Below are positions 1-9,821 of a stretch of 64,000 bases of DNA, piece after piece (position 1 is the stretch's first letter; each line of letters begins with the position of its first letter). Made by a program: the position numbers and the translations under genes. The stretch is from positions 9,097 to 73,096 of the IMG/VR virus record IMGVR_UViG_3300009149_000023; one strand, written 5' to 3'. Below the pieces are notes generated by a model. The model saw only the letters and a list, made by a program, of their open reading frames with translations. It made no database searches and was not told where the DNA came from. The stretch comes from a virus.

Positions 1-515
1 AACACTTTAATCTGAATTAGTTTATATAACTTGTTTAGGATTCCTTCTTTGGATAAAGTCTGTAAAAGGTTTGCAAAGATCTTACTATGAATATCTTTAT
101 CCGGTCTCAAGTCTGTACTATAAAATATAGTATAGAATTTTAAAGACACGCTTGCCGCTAATACAGCTAACATTTCACTTGTGTCAAAAAATATCTGTTT
201 CTTTTTACTTCTTTGCACAATCTCCAGTTCCCTAACTACCTTAAATAGATCTTCTTTTTTACAGAATTCGAGTAAGCCCCATTTAATCTGAAGAAAGGCT
301 TTATATAAAGCAGCACCATCTCTTGTCTTTACATAGTCAAGAAATGCTTTGTCCATTAAGTTGCTAATGTATTTTGATTTCTCTAATATACTGTCAACTA
401 CAGGAAAGATGTTTTCCCTTTGGTTCCTGATTGGCACATTTTTAATCTTGTAGATGTGCTCTGTACCTTTCACAGTAATGACTAACCTTTTTTCTTCGTT
501 TAAAGAAATTCTCAT
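1..515 (-). CDS. Hypothetical phage protein, truncated at the window edge (MRISLNEEKRL...)
   Basis: Not in the ORF track. I translated it by hand: ATG at 515 with GGAGG upstream, open to position 1. Confidence 0.75.
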   Translation of the reverse strand, partial: MRISLNEEKRLVITVKGTEHIYKIKNVPIRNQRENIFPVVDSILEKSKYISNLMDKAFLDYVKTRDGAALYKAFLQIKWGLLEFCKKEDLFKVVRELEIVQRSKKKQIFFDTSEMLAVLAASVSLKFYTIFYSTDLRPDKDIHSKIFANLLQTLSKEGILNKLYKLIQIKV

Positions 516-543
516 TAAGTATTCCTCCTAATTATGTAACAAA

Positions 544-1386
544 CTAAGCTTGTTCGAAATCTGATCCAGTGAATGCTGAAACCATATCACCAAAACTGGC
601 TGCGGTATCTGCTATCTCAGATGCTGCAAAAACTTGTTGTGCTATAAAGATTCCTTCGCATACTACAACGCAAGTAGCAGCTACTGTACCGACGCCTGCT
701 GCCATAGCAACTACGCCCACAACACTTAATACAACGGGAAGGTTTTGAATCCCCAATCTTTGAAATAGTTGATTGAAGTAATTAAGAACGGGGGAAATGA
801 AGCTCCAAAGTGTTTTTAGGACTTTTAAAGTGAACATAAGGACAGGTTTTACTAGGTCCCACAATACTCCTGCTATTGCTTTTAGTACTTCTCCTCCTTT
901 TGCTAACACATCTTTGAAACCTTCTAACAAGTTCTTACCAGTACCCTCCTTAAACATTTTATTCATTTCATCATGAAATTTTTCTAACTGCGTAACTAGT
1001 TTCTTTTGTTCCGCAGCTTGTTCCTTACCAAAGGTTCCTAACAACACAATTGTTGCCGATAGATATGCGATCCTATCGTTAATAGTCATATCTTCTTGTG
1101 TGAAGTTAATTAAGTCAATTGTTTTAACATCTTTCGCTTTCTTATCTATTTTCTTAAGACTAGAGTTAAGATCAGAATCAAATTTAGAAGCAAAGCGTCT
1201 GACATTCTTTTTAAACTTAGGGTCAACATTCTTTGCATTAGCGACAAAATCTAATACCATACAGAGGATAGCAACACTTTCCTCAAGTTTCTTAGAAGGA
1301 GTATTTTCCTTGTAAAGAGCATCTATAATCTTTTTCATATCAGGATCTGTTTTTCTACCAAACAGTTCTTTTAAGTCGACTTGCAT
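544..1386 (-). CDS. Hypothetical protein with hydrophobic C-terminal helices (possible virion or membrane protein)
   Basis: Start reassigned to MQVDLKELF (ATG 1386, GGAGG at 1393-1397). Hydrophobic stretch VVLSVVGVVAMAAGVGTVAA. Confidence 0.7.
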   Translation of the reverse strand: MQVDLKELFGRKTDPDMKKIIDALYKENTPSKKLEESVAILCMVLDFVANAKNVDPKFKKNVRRFASKFDSDLNSSLKKIDKKAKDVKTIDLINFTQEDMTINDRIAYLSATIVLLGTFGKEQAAEQKKLVTQLEKFHDEMNKMFKEGTGKNLLEGFKDVLAKGGEVLKAIAGVLWDLVKPVLMFTLKVLKTLWSFISPVLNYFNQLFQRLGIQNLPVVLSVVGVVAMAAGVGTVAATCVVVCEGIFIAQQVFAASEIADTAASFGDMVSAFTGSDFEQA

Positions 1387-1402
1387 CACTATCCTCCAAG
1401 AT

Positions 1403-3199
1403 TTAAGCTGTCGCTGTGGCGCTAGGACCACCAGATGTGAGAACGGGGCTAATGCCGCCAAGAGTTGAGCTTCCATTAACTACCAAGTTACCATCGATTG
1501 TTACATTACCTTCGTTGATTATGTTAGGAGCCTTTATCTTAATGGTATCGGGAGCTTCTATCAAAGCATTCCCTGTTGCCATGTTAAAGATAAGTTTATG
1601 AGCTGTTGTTCCTGACTTTAGCTCAATGATTTGATTTTGCTCATCAAGTCTTAACTGATGACCTGCTGCTGTTATAGCAGTAATGACGCTGTCCTTCTCA
1701 CTAATTTCTATCATATGCTCACTAGGAGTCATTAATCTTATAAAGCCATCATCTTCATGAGCATTCATATAAAACACATAGCCTTCAGGTAATTGTACTT
1801 GAGCATACTTCTTGTCTTCATGCTCATTCATTTCAAATCTATATTCTGTAGGTGTCTGCATTTTAATGAACTTATCATCATCATGATCATTTATATAAAA
1901 ATAAGAACCTGCCGGGGTTTGAAGTTGGATATACTTCTTATCATCATGCTCGTTCATTTCAAATCTATAGTTAGTGGAAGTAAGCACTTTAATAAATCTA
2001 TCGTCGTCATGTGTATTCATAAAGAATAAGTAATTCTCATCTGTTTGCATTTGAATAAACTTTTTATCGTCATGTGTACACAATTCAACACGATAGCCTT
2101 TTAGAGGATCACCTTTCTGATCAACCTCATCCTCTATGCCACCTTGGTCTGAGTCAGGTTCATCGATAGCTAAGTATTTAACTCGATCTTTAGGATCCTC
2201 TTGACCTATCTTCATATCAGGATCTTTCGTTCTTTCAGACCCTCTGATGCCATTGCCACCTTTAATCCTAATAGTAGATTCTTGTCCGCCTTTGTTTACC
2301 CAAGAACCTTTCTGTCCACCTTTACCGCCACCGAGAGCATTATCTTCGTTTGTCTCATCTTCATTATTATCTTTGTTTTCTCTAGGCTGCCCTTGCTCAT
2401 CTTCAGCAGCTTCAAAGCCTTCTCCAATAGGCCCTTTATCTGAGCCAAAAGGTTTAGGCGCATCTTCTCTAGGAGCCCACAGTTCAATATTCTTTCTATC
2501 TTTGTGCTCGTTAACTTCCAAAAAGAAGTTTATGTAAGATCGAAGCATTAAGCGTTCGTTATTGTCTGAAAGAAGAATTCTATGACCATGTGGTGTCTTC
2601 ATAAGATAAAATTCTTTCTCTGGTGAGCATTTATTCTTTACTTCTTGTATAGTTGTATGTTTTATAGAGTTAATGCCGAAAGGCAGATACCTACACTGAT
2701 TAGGATCACCATCTTCAAACATTACAAGTATAAAAGCATTTCTGGCAGGAACAGCAAATGAGCCAAAGTCATCATATACTTTTTGATCTTTTCTAGCATT
2801 AGGGTCTTGCTTACCATCAGCCATTTCTTCTGAAGATTGGTGAGGCTGAGGTTTAACTTCTTCACCTAAGACTTTAGTTCCTGATTCTTCTTTAGTGTCA
2901 GAACCTTCTGTTATCTTATTTCCAAGTAGTTTACCAGCATCACAAACTTTACTTGTATTCTGACTTCCATATAAAAATACAGGATAAGCATATATACCAA
3001 CAGTCTCTTCAATGTCCATCATAAGTTCAGGAATGTATACTTCAATTCTGCCTTCTCGCTCTAAAGGCTCATTACCTTCCTTCTCTTCGTGATTGTTTAA
3101 AACCTTAGCTTTATACAGGCCGAAGTATCGCTTTTGCTCCCATCCAGACAGTAAGAAGTTTTTTCTATAGTCTTGGTTATCATCATCACGCCAATTCAT
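1403..3199 (-). CDS. Baseplate hub/spike protein, T4 gp5 / VgrG / GpV-like
   Basis: N-terminal OB-fold motifs GLYKAKVLNN..GRIEVYIPEL and VP..AFILVMFEDGDPNQ, then KTPHGHRILLSD, beta-repeats and a C-terminal GNVTIDGNLVVNG. Confidence 0.8.
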   Translation of the reverse strand: MNWRDDDNQDYRKNFLLSGWEQKRYFGLYKAKVLNNHEEKEGNEPLEREGRIEVYIPELMMDIEETVGIYAYPVFLYGSQNTSKVCDAGKLLGNKITEGSDTKEESGTKVLGEEVKPQPHQSSEEMADGKQDPNARKDQKVYDDFGSFAVPARNAFILVMFEDGDPNQCRYLPFGINSIKHTTIQEVKNKCSPEKEFYLMKTPHGHRILLSDNNERLMLRSYINFFLEVNEHKDRKNIELWAPREDAPKPFGSDKGPIGEGFEAAEDEQGQPRENKDNNEDETNEDNALGGGKGGQKGSWVNKGGQESTIRIKGGNGIRGSERTKDPDMKIGQEDPKDRVKYLAIDEPDSDQGGIEDEVDQKGDPLKGYRVELCTHDDKKFIQMQTDENYLFFMNTHDDDRFIKVLTSTNYRFEMNEHDDKKYIQLQTPAGSYFYINDHDDDKFIKMQTPTEYRFEMNEHEDKKYAQVQLPEGYVFYMNAHEDDGFIRLMTPSEHMIEISEKDSVITAITAAGHQLRLDEQNQIIELKSGTTAHKLIFNMATGNALIEAPDTIKIKAPNIINEGNVTIDGNLVVNGSSTLGGISPVLTSGGPSATATA

Positions 3200-3286
3200 T
3201 AGTAACCCTCCAAAGGAAAAAGCACAACATAAAAAACTTATGTGTGTATAACGTAGATATATATCTGAACTTGACTACCTGAAAGA

Positions 3287-4141
3287 TTAAAGTTGCTTGT
3301 AGATCTCTTTTGTCAGCTCTTTGAATGCTGCAAAGTTATATTTCTTCATACCATCATCAAACAAATCGTACGAGTTTGTTTTAATACAGTACAGTAATGC
3401 TAACAGGTATGAAGGCCTTTCAACATAAAATAACGTCTTTGGTTTAAACTTAGCATAGGAAAATAGCTGTTGAATAGTTTCGTTTTTATGAAGGAACTCA
3501 AACTCCTTAAATTCCTTAACTAGTTTGTTAATATCATCTAGTTTTAGTTTCTCTAGTTTATCTTTAGCTTCATCATATACAACAGCATCGAAATGCATGA
3601 GATATTTCTTTAACTTAGCATACTTGATAGGCGCGTGGTCTGGATCAAGAATGGTGTCAATGATGTACTTCTTAACTAAAATTTCAAATAACGCAACCTC
3701 TTGCTTCTGACTGGTTACTATTTTAGCTCTAAGACCTACCTCTCTATAGTAAAAAGAGAATAAGTAAGTTAAAAGGAAGTCATTCATTTTAGGTGTGATA
3801 AGTTGCGGCTTGTTATGAAATGTTTCAAATATTAAACCAAAAGTTATATGAAGGAATATTTTCTTAAGCAAAGCACTTGAAGAAGTTTCGTCACTTAAAA
3901 GCTTCTGTACCTGCATTAAGATAACAACTTTGCCACCATCTACTGCAACATCTAAATAGGGTTCTTTATCGGTTACACCTATGACAACCTTCTTACCTAT
4001 CTTTGCGTTGAACAAAGGTATCAATTTTGTTTCACCTGAAACACGTGCTTGAGTTTCAAATATTGTTTTTATCAATTGAAAGTTAGGGTCATTCGGGTTT
4101 AAAAGTGTGTACGGGGTCTTAGGTAACATCTTAATCAACAC
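3287..4141 (-). CDS. Hypothetical protein
   Basis: 284-aa ORF, GTG start with GGAGG, co-oriented in the operon. Confidence 0.7.
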   Translation of the reverse strand: MLIKMLPKTPYTLLNPNDPNFQLIKTIFETQARVSGETKLIPLFNAKIGKKVVIGVTDKEPYLDVAVDGGKVVILMQVQKLLSDETSSSALLKKIFLHITFGLIFETFHNKPQLITPKMNDFLLTYLFSFYYREVGLRAKIVTSQKQEVALFEILVKKYIIDTILDPDHAPIKYAKLKKYLMHFDAVVYDEAKDKLEKLKLDDINKLVKEFKEFEFLHKNETIQQLFSYAKFKPKTLFYVERPSYLLALLYCIKTNSYDLFDDGMKKYNFAAFKELTKEIYKQL

Positions 4142-4150
4142 TATTCCTCC

Positions 4151-4552
4151 TTATATAGAAACTTCTGCGTCTACTGTATGGAAAATATCTGTAGATTCAT
4201 ACAATGCTAGAACATCATTCACTCTTGCTGACTCAGGAACTTTAATTGTTTCTGTTTTAAAGTCAAGCATAGAGAACATATCATTTACATATAATAGTAT
4301 AAAGTAATAGCCGGGATCGCTATACGTATCATAACAAAACAGATCGGGTCTGTAATGATAGCCTGTGTCAAGCTGTATAGATTTTGCTGATTCAAGCAAG
4401 TATACTTTGTTTCTATCAAGTACACCCATTAAAGGAGAAGGTATAATTAAATCATACTCAGAAAAATAGTACATCTTCCTGTAACGACTTTGCTTGTATC
4501 TTACAAACTTGTTAGCAGAAACAGAGCTATTAATATTATTTGTTACCTGCAT
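4151..4552 (-). CDS. Baseplate wedge protein, T4 gp53 / LysM-like
   Basis: YRPDLFCYDTYSDPGYYFILLYVN matches the gp53-type RPD-x6-Y...IL..N pattern and is followed by IKVP. Confidence 0.7.
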   Translation of the reverse strand: MQVTNNINSSVSANKFVRYKQSRYRKMYYFSEYDLIIPSPLMGVLDRNKVYLLESAKSIQLDTGYHYRPDLFCYDTYSDPGYYFILLYVNDMFSMLDFKTETIKVPESARVNDVLALYESTDIFHTVDAEVSI

Positions 4553-5270
4553 CGGGATCCTCCTCAGGCTTATCTTCTATAAGTAATTGATCTGGATCTG
4601 GTTTATATGCACCTTTTAGCCATGACTCAGATGCATGCTCAATCCCTATTTCAGATAGTTTATTAACAACTATTTGAATATCAGGAGACATGTTTAAATT
4701 CTGCGTCAGGAACTTCCACTCACCTCTAATCAACTCAATAGGAATGTCAAGAAAACCATTATGGTATTTCTCATGTAGTGTTTTAACTAAAGGCACATAA
4801 CCTACTTTATCTGCAAAGTGTAAACCAATTACAATCTGCGCAACATCAAATGTTGAAAACTTTTCCTTTTCTTGCATTAATGTATCTGTAACCATACAAC
4901 ATACATTAAATAAAGAAATAGGATGGTGATGGATTTCGATACTGCATTCTTCGTTAGTTTCATGTGTTAGTACACATTCAGTTACATTCATCTCAGTTCT
5001 AAGGTATTTAGTCCAGTTTCTGTATTCCGGGGCAGTCCTGACCATCTTCTCAACAGCCTTAATAAAATATTTATAATCATTAACAGTGTAGAAGAAATTC
5101 TTTTTTAGTTCTAAGTTAAACTGACTTTCTTCGATCTTGAAAACAGGATTAGCAGTATCAGCTGCAATATCTTTAATTGATGGTTTGATTATTTCTGCAG
5201 TTTCTGTAACATCTGTGAAGTCTTCCTTTACTTCATCGTCTACGAAAGCTCTTTCTATTTTCTTTCCCAT
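4536..5270 (-). CDS. HNH-like (His-Me finger) domain protein
   Basis: CVLT...IEIHHHP...VGYVPLVKTLHEKYHNG pattern. Confidence 0.5.
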   Translation of the reverse strand: MGKKIERAFVDDEVKEDFTDVTETAEIIKPSIKDIAADTANPVFKIEESQFNLELKKNFFYTVNDYKYFIKAVEKMVRTAPEYRNWTKYLRTEMNVTECVLTHETNEECSIEIHHHPISLFNVCCMVTDTLMQEKEKFSTFDVAQIVIGLHFADKVGYVPLVKTLHEKYHNGFLDIPIELIRGEWKFLTQNLNMSPDIQIVVNKLSEIGIEHASESWLKGAYKPDPDQLLIEDKPEEDPDAGNK

Positions 5271-5301
5271 TTTAGTACCCTCCTAGGAAAATTATTCTGA
5301 A

Positions 5302-5529
5302 TTAACGTATACCTTCTTGAATTTTACAGATCCATGCATCGTCCACCTTTACTCTAACGTGTGGAAGAAGCTTTGTAAAATTATTATTATCAACTGGCAT
5401 TGCGAATATGTATTTTCGTGTTTCATTATCAATAGGATCTATTACTTCTTGTTCATGTACAACATATTGTTTGTCGTTATAGGTGAACTTGTCACCATTA
5501 CATAACATCCAAAAAGCAATTTCTTTCAT
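5302..5529 (-). CDS. Small hypothetical protein
   Basis: ORF with SD. Shares N-terminal F..L..G.KF.Y.D..YV with its neighbour. Confidence 0.65.
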   Translation of the reverse strand: MKEIAFWMLCNGDKFTYNDKQYVVHEQEVIDPIDNETRKYIFAMPVDNNNFTKLLPHVRVKVDDAWICKIQEGIR

Positions 5530-5550
5530 TTATTATCCCTCACTAAAACT

Positions 5551-5922
5551 TTAACTTTGGTAGTCTTCCTCAGCCTCTTGTCCTAATACAGTAAAGACCC
5601 TATATTCGCTAGGATCGTATCGAAACTTTTTAAGAAGTTCATCATTAACTAATATTTGATAAGAATTACCTAGCCATGTTATGTGAACAACACCAAATGT
5701 ATGTCTGTGGTCTGTTGAGAATGTAAATCTTTGCAGTTGACATAATTTAGTACATTCCTCAATACTGCCTCCCCATAACTCAGCAGGTATAGCTATAGGT
5801 ATATAACGATACTCTGTAGAAGTAGCTGAAACAGTAGCCCTTATTTGAAACTTTACATAAACTCTATCTTTATAGTGAAACTTTACACCTTCGTCTAAAT
5901 GAGCAAATTCTAAATAAGCCAC
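5551..5922 (-). CDS. Small hypothetical protein
   Basis: GTG start with GGAGG. N-terminal motif shared with 5302..5529. Confidence 0.65.
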   Translation of the reverse strand: MAYLEFAHLDEGVKFHYKDRVYVKFQIRATVSATSTEYRYIPIAIPAELWGGSIEECTKLCQLQRFTFSTDHRHTFGVVHITWLGNSYQILVNDELLKKFRYDPSEYRVFTVLGQEAEEDYQS

Positions 5923-5935
5923 AAATTATTACCTC

Positions 5936-7084
5936 CTAGATAGGCTCGTAATAATAAATACTAATAAAGTCATCCTTTTTAATCGGAACGTACAAGCTAA
6001 TAGTAGAAGGATCTTTTACTTTGTATTCTCTATCTTCACTCATAATACCCCAATAACTCATAACAGTTATTTTTCTATTACCGATAGGTTCAGGTAAGGT
6101 TACATCGTAAGGAGCAGTAATGTCGCTATGGTCTACAGTGATTGGTATGTTATATGATTTTTGGAATTCATAGGTAATTTGACCATCTTGGATAATAGAG
6201 TCTCCAATCTTAATCGTATTTACTCCAGGAGTTCTTTCATCGCCCGGGCCTACATACCATTCATAGAATCCTGTATCTATTTGTCCGTTAATAACAATAG
6301 ACTTTTTAAACTCATCAACACGCCAATCAGTCTTTAAAACTATATAGGCAGGCAGTTCTATATCCCACTCGAATGTCATGTTAATTCTATAGTCAGGCTT
6401 TTCAGATCCACCATACCATGTTGTTCCATCGGATATAGATGTTAGTCTGATCATAGGTGAACTATTAACAGGGAATACATAATACTGCTGGTCTACACTT
6501 CTTATAAGTTTTTGATCAAGTTCGGTCTGACTCCAATCAAGAGTATAGTGTTGTCCTGTTGATTCGTTTACATAATCATAAGTAATCATTTCTGTTGGGA
6601 TCTGTAATTGTGTAGTGAATTCAGGAAGTATAAACCATTTGTCAGTATCGAACCATTGCATAGTAGCAAATTGATAGTCATGCGCTTCAGGACTTGAATG
6701 AGCAATAAGTATAACTTCAGAAGTTCCCATAAACCTTTCAAATATAGGAGTAATCTGTACATGGTCGTCTTCATACATTTTCTCATATAAAGTAGACGCA
6801 AAGTAGTAAGCATTTCTTTTAGAATGCTTCCATGTATGATTTGTTTTCTCATCTATCTTACTAAGAGTAAAGTTTCCTGAGAGTAACGGCAATACTGGAG
6901 CATCCAAGTTTCTTGTTTTATAATCAAGCAAGTATTGTAGAGACTTTGTATAGTTTCCGCAAACTACTGTCTCTATAGAATTGTGGCACACCTGTTGAGA
7001 CATATAATTTAGAAAATGTCTGATATACGAACTAAGGTGTATATGAGGTCTAATATTTTGAGTATAAAAGGTTTCAACTGGCAT
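5936..7084 (-). CDS. Putative tail completion/terminator-like virion protein (gp15-like, tentative)
   Basis: 382-aa beta-rich ORF in a structural operon. PVLPLLSGNF and Y..NMTFEWDIELP segments resemble tail-terminator folds; function is inferred. Confidence 0.4.
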   Translation of the reverse strand: MPVETFYTQNIRPHIHLSSYIRHFLNYMSQQVCHNSIETVVCGNYTKSLQYLLDYKTRNLDAPVLPLLSGNFTLSKIDEKTNHTWKHSKRNAYYFASTLYEKMYEDDHVQITPIFERFMGTSEVILIAHSSPEAHDYQFATMQWFDTDKWFILPEFTTQLQIPTEMITYDYVNESTGQHYTLDWSQTELDQKLIRSVDQQYYVFPVNSSPMIRLTSISDGTTWYGGSEKPDYRINMTFEWDIELPAYIVLKTDWRVDEFKKSIVINGQIDTGFYEWYVGPGDERTPGVNTIKIGDSIIQDGQITYEFQKSYNIPITVDHSDITAPYDVTLPEPIGNRKITVMSYWGIMSEDREYKVKDPSTISLYVPIKKDDFISIYYYEPI

Positions 7085-7096
7085 TGTTACTCTCCA

Positions 7097-7576
7097 TCAT
7101 ATTTTGAATTTTTCAAACTCAATTTCAGCTCCGACACTTTTAACAACTTTCTTCTGACTAGTTGCGTCTATAAAATGTCTTTCGCAGTGTACATATAAAT
7201 CATGCTCTCGTAGGAACATATACAGCTGCACTTTCTGCAAAAAATCACCATTAGGTGTTTTAGTTTTACCTAAAGTGATCGTTTCATTTGAGAAGAGTAA
7301 ACACTCTTTATTCCTGATGTGTTTGAATTGGTTGGTGATTTTAAGATGTTGTGACTCTACTGAATCGAGTAATAAGTTCTGTGCTACAAAGATAGAATCA
7401 TTCACATTATCGTATTTCCTGAATACGAATCTACCTGTCACTTCTTTAATTGCTCTATTGTCAAGATCAATGTCTATGTAAGAGTTTGAACGGTGAAACT
7501 TTACATCTAATCCTAACAAGTCACTTCCTACTTGAACCGCAAGTTTGTACGTCCTTGGAAAACTAAAAAATCTCAT
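7097..7576 (-). CDS. Hypothetical protein, first gene of the leftward operon
   Basis: Start reassigned to ATG 7576 behind GGAGG; follows the promoter motif at 7617-7643. Confidence 0.65.
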   Translation of the reverse strand: MRFFSFPRTYKLAVQVGSDLLGLDVKFHRSNSYIDIDLDNRAIKEVTGRFVFRKYDNVNDSIFVAQNLLLDSVESQHLKITNQFKHIRNKECLLFSNETITLGKTKTPNGDFLQKVQLYMFLREHDLYVHCERHFIDATSQKKVVKSVGAEIEFEKFKI

Positions 7577-7616
7577 TAAAGTAAACCCTCCTTGATGCAA
7601 CATGAATAAACGTATG

Positions 7617-7643
7617 GTACTACATCAATTGTTGTGTTTTTAC
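7617..7643 (-). promoter_or_regulatory. Putative phage-specific promoter GTAAAAACACAACAATTGATGTAGTAC
   Basis: 26/27 identical to 23898..23924. Intergenic, and points into the leftward baseplate operon. Confidence 0.7.
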
Positions 7644-7723
7644 ATGTGTGAGAAAAACTCTTAAAATTTAAAAATGTAGAGTACTACTTATACATATGAG
7701 TATCTTTAAAGGAGTGTTCCTAT

Positions 7724-8773
7724 ATGGCTACTATTGTTATAGACCCTACGTATACTATCTCTGCATCTTCCTCAACTGCATCTAACTTAGCAGCACCTAC
7801 AACAACAGCAGGTGCAACAACTATACATCAGCATGGAGGATTAGCTTATGTAACAAGTACATCAGCCACCACAACTAATTATGGTTATTCACTATGGACA
7901 GACGATATGGGCGGAGGTAGCCTTGCTCCTATAGATGCTGCTAATGAAGCTACCATAAAAATGCAAAGAGATATATATGACTACTACAATGAAAGAGACA
8001 TGGTTTATAAATTTATGTATGAACCAGAATGGGGACGAATGCATGAAGATGGTGCTGTTAGGTTTAACTATCATGCTTTTACAGGATGGACAGACTTAGA
8101 AGCTATAATAGACGAAAAGAATGAGATGTTAAGATTTGCTTTTTACAAGAATAGAGGATGGAAGGACGAGGAGGCTAAAGCAGATGCGAGTGTAAAAATC
8201 AATCTTGCTTATCACAGACACAACGAATGGAAAGATTTAGATTGGTATAAAGAAACAAATCATACTATGTTAATTACAGGATTGTCTGAATGCTTAGAAT
8301 TTGAAGATTGTGACGCTCTTCGTGACATGGTTGACTTTGTACTTACAAAGGTAATAACTGAGAATAGAGGGTTAAGCACAACGATGCTTTCAGTATTATA
8401 TCAAATAATGGAAAAGATGGACAAAGCATTCATAAAGGTACTCCTGTTTAAAAATTATGGTGAAGCTAGCGAGGAGATAAGAACAATTCTTGCATGCATT
8501 GTAGAAGACGCTGCTAGCCCTTTTAAAGATTCAGATAGGCTTATGTTAGGTCAAATAGGATTACAGAAATGGTTAAAGCTAAAGGAACACGCAGATAAAT
8601 ATGCAAAAGTCTATGCTCCTTATATACCAGTACAGACATGGACTAAATCACAGCTAACCTATTGCGGGACAACAGCAGGGGCGCAACAAATTACTAATAG
8701 CACAACAGTCAGAAAACCTGATGCTTTTGCTACACTGGATATAGCAAAATCTTGGTTAAAAGGAAATAACTAA
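7724..8773 (+). CDS. Hypothetical protein with Thr/Ser/Ala-rich N-terminus
   Basis: 349-aa ORF with AAGGAG SD. Confidence 0.7.
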   Translation: MATIVIDPTYTISASSSTASNLAAPTTTAGATTIHQHGGLAYVTSTSATTTNYGYSLWTDDMGGGSLAPIDAANEATIKMQRDIYDYYNERDMVYKFMYEPEWGRMHEDGAVRFNYHAFTGWTDLEAIIDEKNEMLRFAFYKNRGWKDEEAKADASVKINLAYHRHNEWKDLDWYKETNHTMLITGLSECLEFEDCDALRDMVDFVLTKVITENRGLSTTMLSVLYQIMEKMDKAFIKVLLFKNYGEASEEIRTILACIVEDAASPFKDSDRLMLGQIGLQKWLKLKEHADKYAKVYAPYIPVQTWTKSQLTYCGTTAGAQQITNSTTVRKPDAFATLDIAKSWLKGNN

Positions 8774-8777
8774 ACTA

Positions 8778-9224
8778 ATGAAAAGTCAATCAATAATCTG
8801 TAACATTTGTAAACAATGTTGCTTAAACAGCAAAGCTGTTATTAGTCACTTAGTTCATAATCATCTTACACCTGCGTCATTAATGAAAATTACTATTGAG
8901 GACGATTCCGAATTTCATGTGGTAGAGGTCACTAATTTAGATCTTGATGCTATTAACACACAAGCTAACCTTGCTACAACATTATTAAGTGGACAAAAGG
9001 CTGAAGGTAACACTTTAATAATAAATAAAGATCACGTATATACAGTAGAGGATACAGGATTAATAGTTTTGTGTTATTATCCACAAACTAATACAGCTAT
9101 TTCTTTAGACAAGAAAGATGTTCCTGTATTATTAGAATCCTTACACGCAGTTATAGCCAAAGAGAATTCTATTAGAATTCAAAAATTAGCGAGCTTTACT
9201 TCATTAGCTCGAAAGGTAGGTTGA
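8778..9224 (+). CDS. C2H2-type zinc-finger protein
   Basis: CNIC-x12-HLVHNH at the N-terminus. Confidence 0.55.
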   Translation: MKSQSIICNICKQCCLNSKAVISHLVHNHLTPASLMKITIEDDSEFHVVEVTNLDLDAINTQANLATTLLSGQKAEGNTLIINKDHVYTVEDTGLIVLCYYPQTNTAISLDKKDVPVLLESLHAVIAKENSIRIQKLASFTSLARKVG

Positions 9225-9225
9225 C

Positions 9226-9501
9226 ATGGACAAGTTTATTGGTATCATAGAAAGGCTACAATCTTCTAAAACAATAGCATTAGAAGATATTCGTAGCTTT
9301 ACAGACATTGTTGAAAATAGTTTAAGCATGGCTGTAGATTCTTTAGAAACAGCCAGAACAAGAGAAGCGATGATCTTTTCAGAATTCTTAGACAAACATT
9401 CCGAAAGAAAAATCACAATAACTGAGTTTTTAAAAACAATGAAAGTTACTAAGGATGTTAAAGCAGTATTCAGAGATTTTGTAAATGAGGTTAAAAAATG
9501 A
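9226..9501 (+). CDS. Hypothetical protein
   Basis: Abutting ORF in the operon. Confidence 0.6.
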   Translation: MDKFIGIIERLQSSKTIALEDIRSFTDIVENSLSMAVDSLETARTREAMIFSEFLDKHSERKITITEFLKTMKVTKDVKAVFRDFVNEVKK

Positions 9502-9821
9502 CTCAAGTACGTTCCTTTTTCTGCATGTTTTCAACATTTTTTCGTCTGATAGGGATAGGCATTGCTGCCTTTATTGTTCTTTATGTAATAATGAGTTCAG
9601 GTTTTAATCAATGGATGGAGGTTAACCCTTTTGATTCTCAAATGATAAACACGATATTCTGGATAAGTATTTTCAATATCATGTTTATACTCGGACCGAG
9701 CTTTTTACTAATATATGATTTGTTTTATCAAACCAATTCAGAAACGTTTGCTAAAGCACATGAGCATGCACAACAAATTGTAGAAAAAGTACTCTCAACA
9801 AAAGATGATGAAACAAAATGA
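9498..9821 (+). CDS. Two-TM membrane protein
   Basis: Two hydrophobic segments; ATGA overlap with the upstream gene. Confidence 0.65.
   Translation: MTQVRSFFCMFSTFFRLIGIGIAAFIVLYVIMSSGFNQWMEVNPFDSQMINTIFWISIFNIMFILGPSFLLIYDLFYQTNSETFAKAHEHAQQIVEKVLSTKDDETK

Noticed and set aside
4536-5270. Mobile homing endonuclease or intron
   Set aside because: The ORF overlaps its neighbour within an operon, interrupts no gene and lacks NUMOD-type DNA-binding parts. It is more likely a resident HNH-fold protein.
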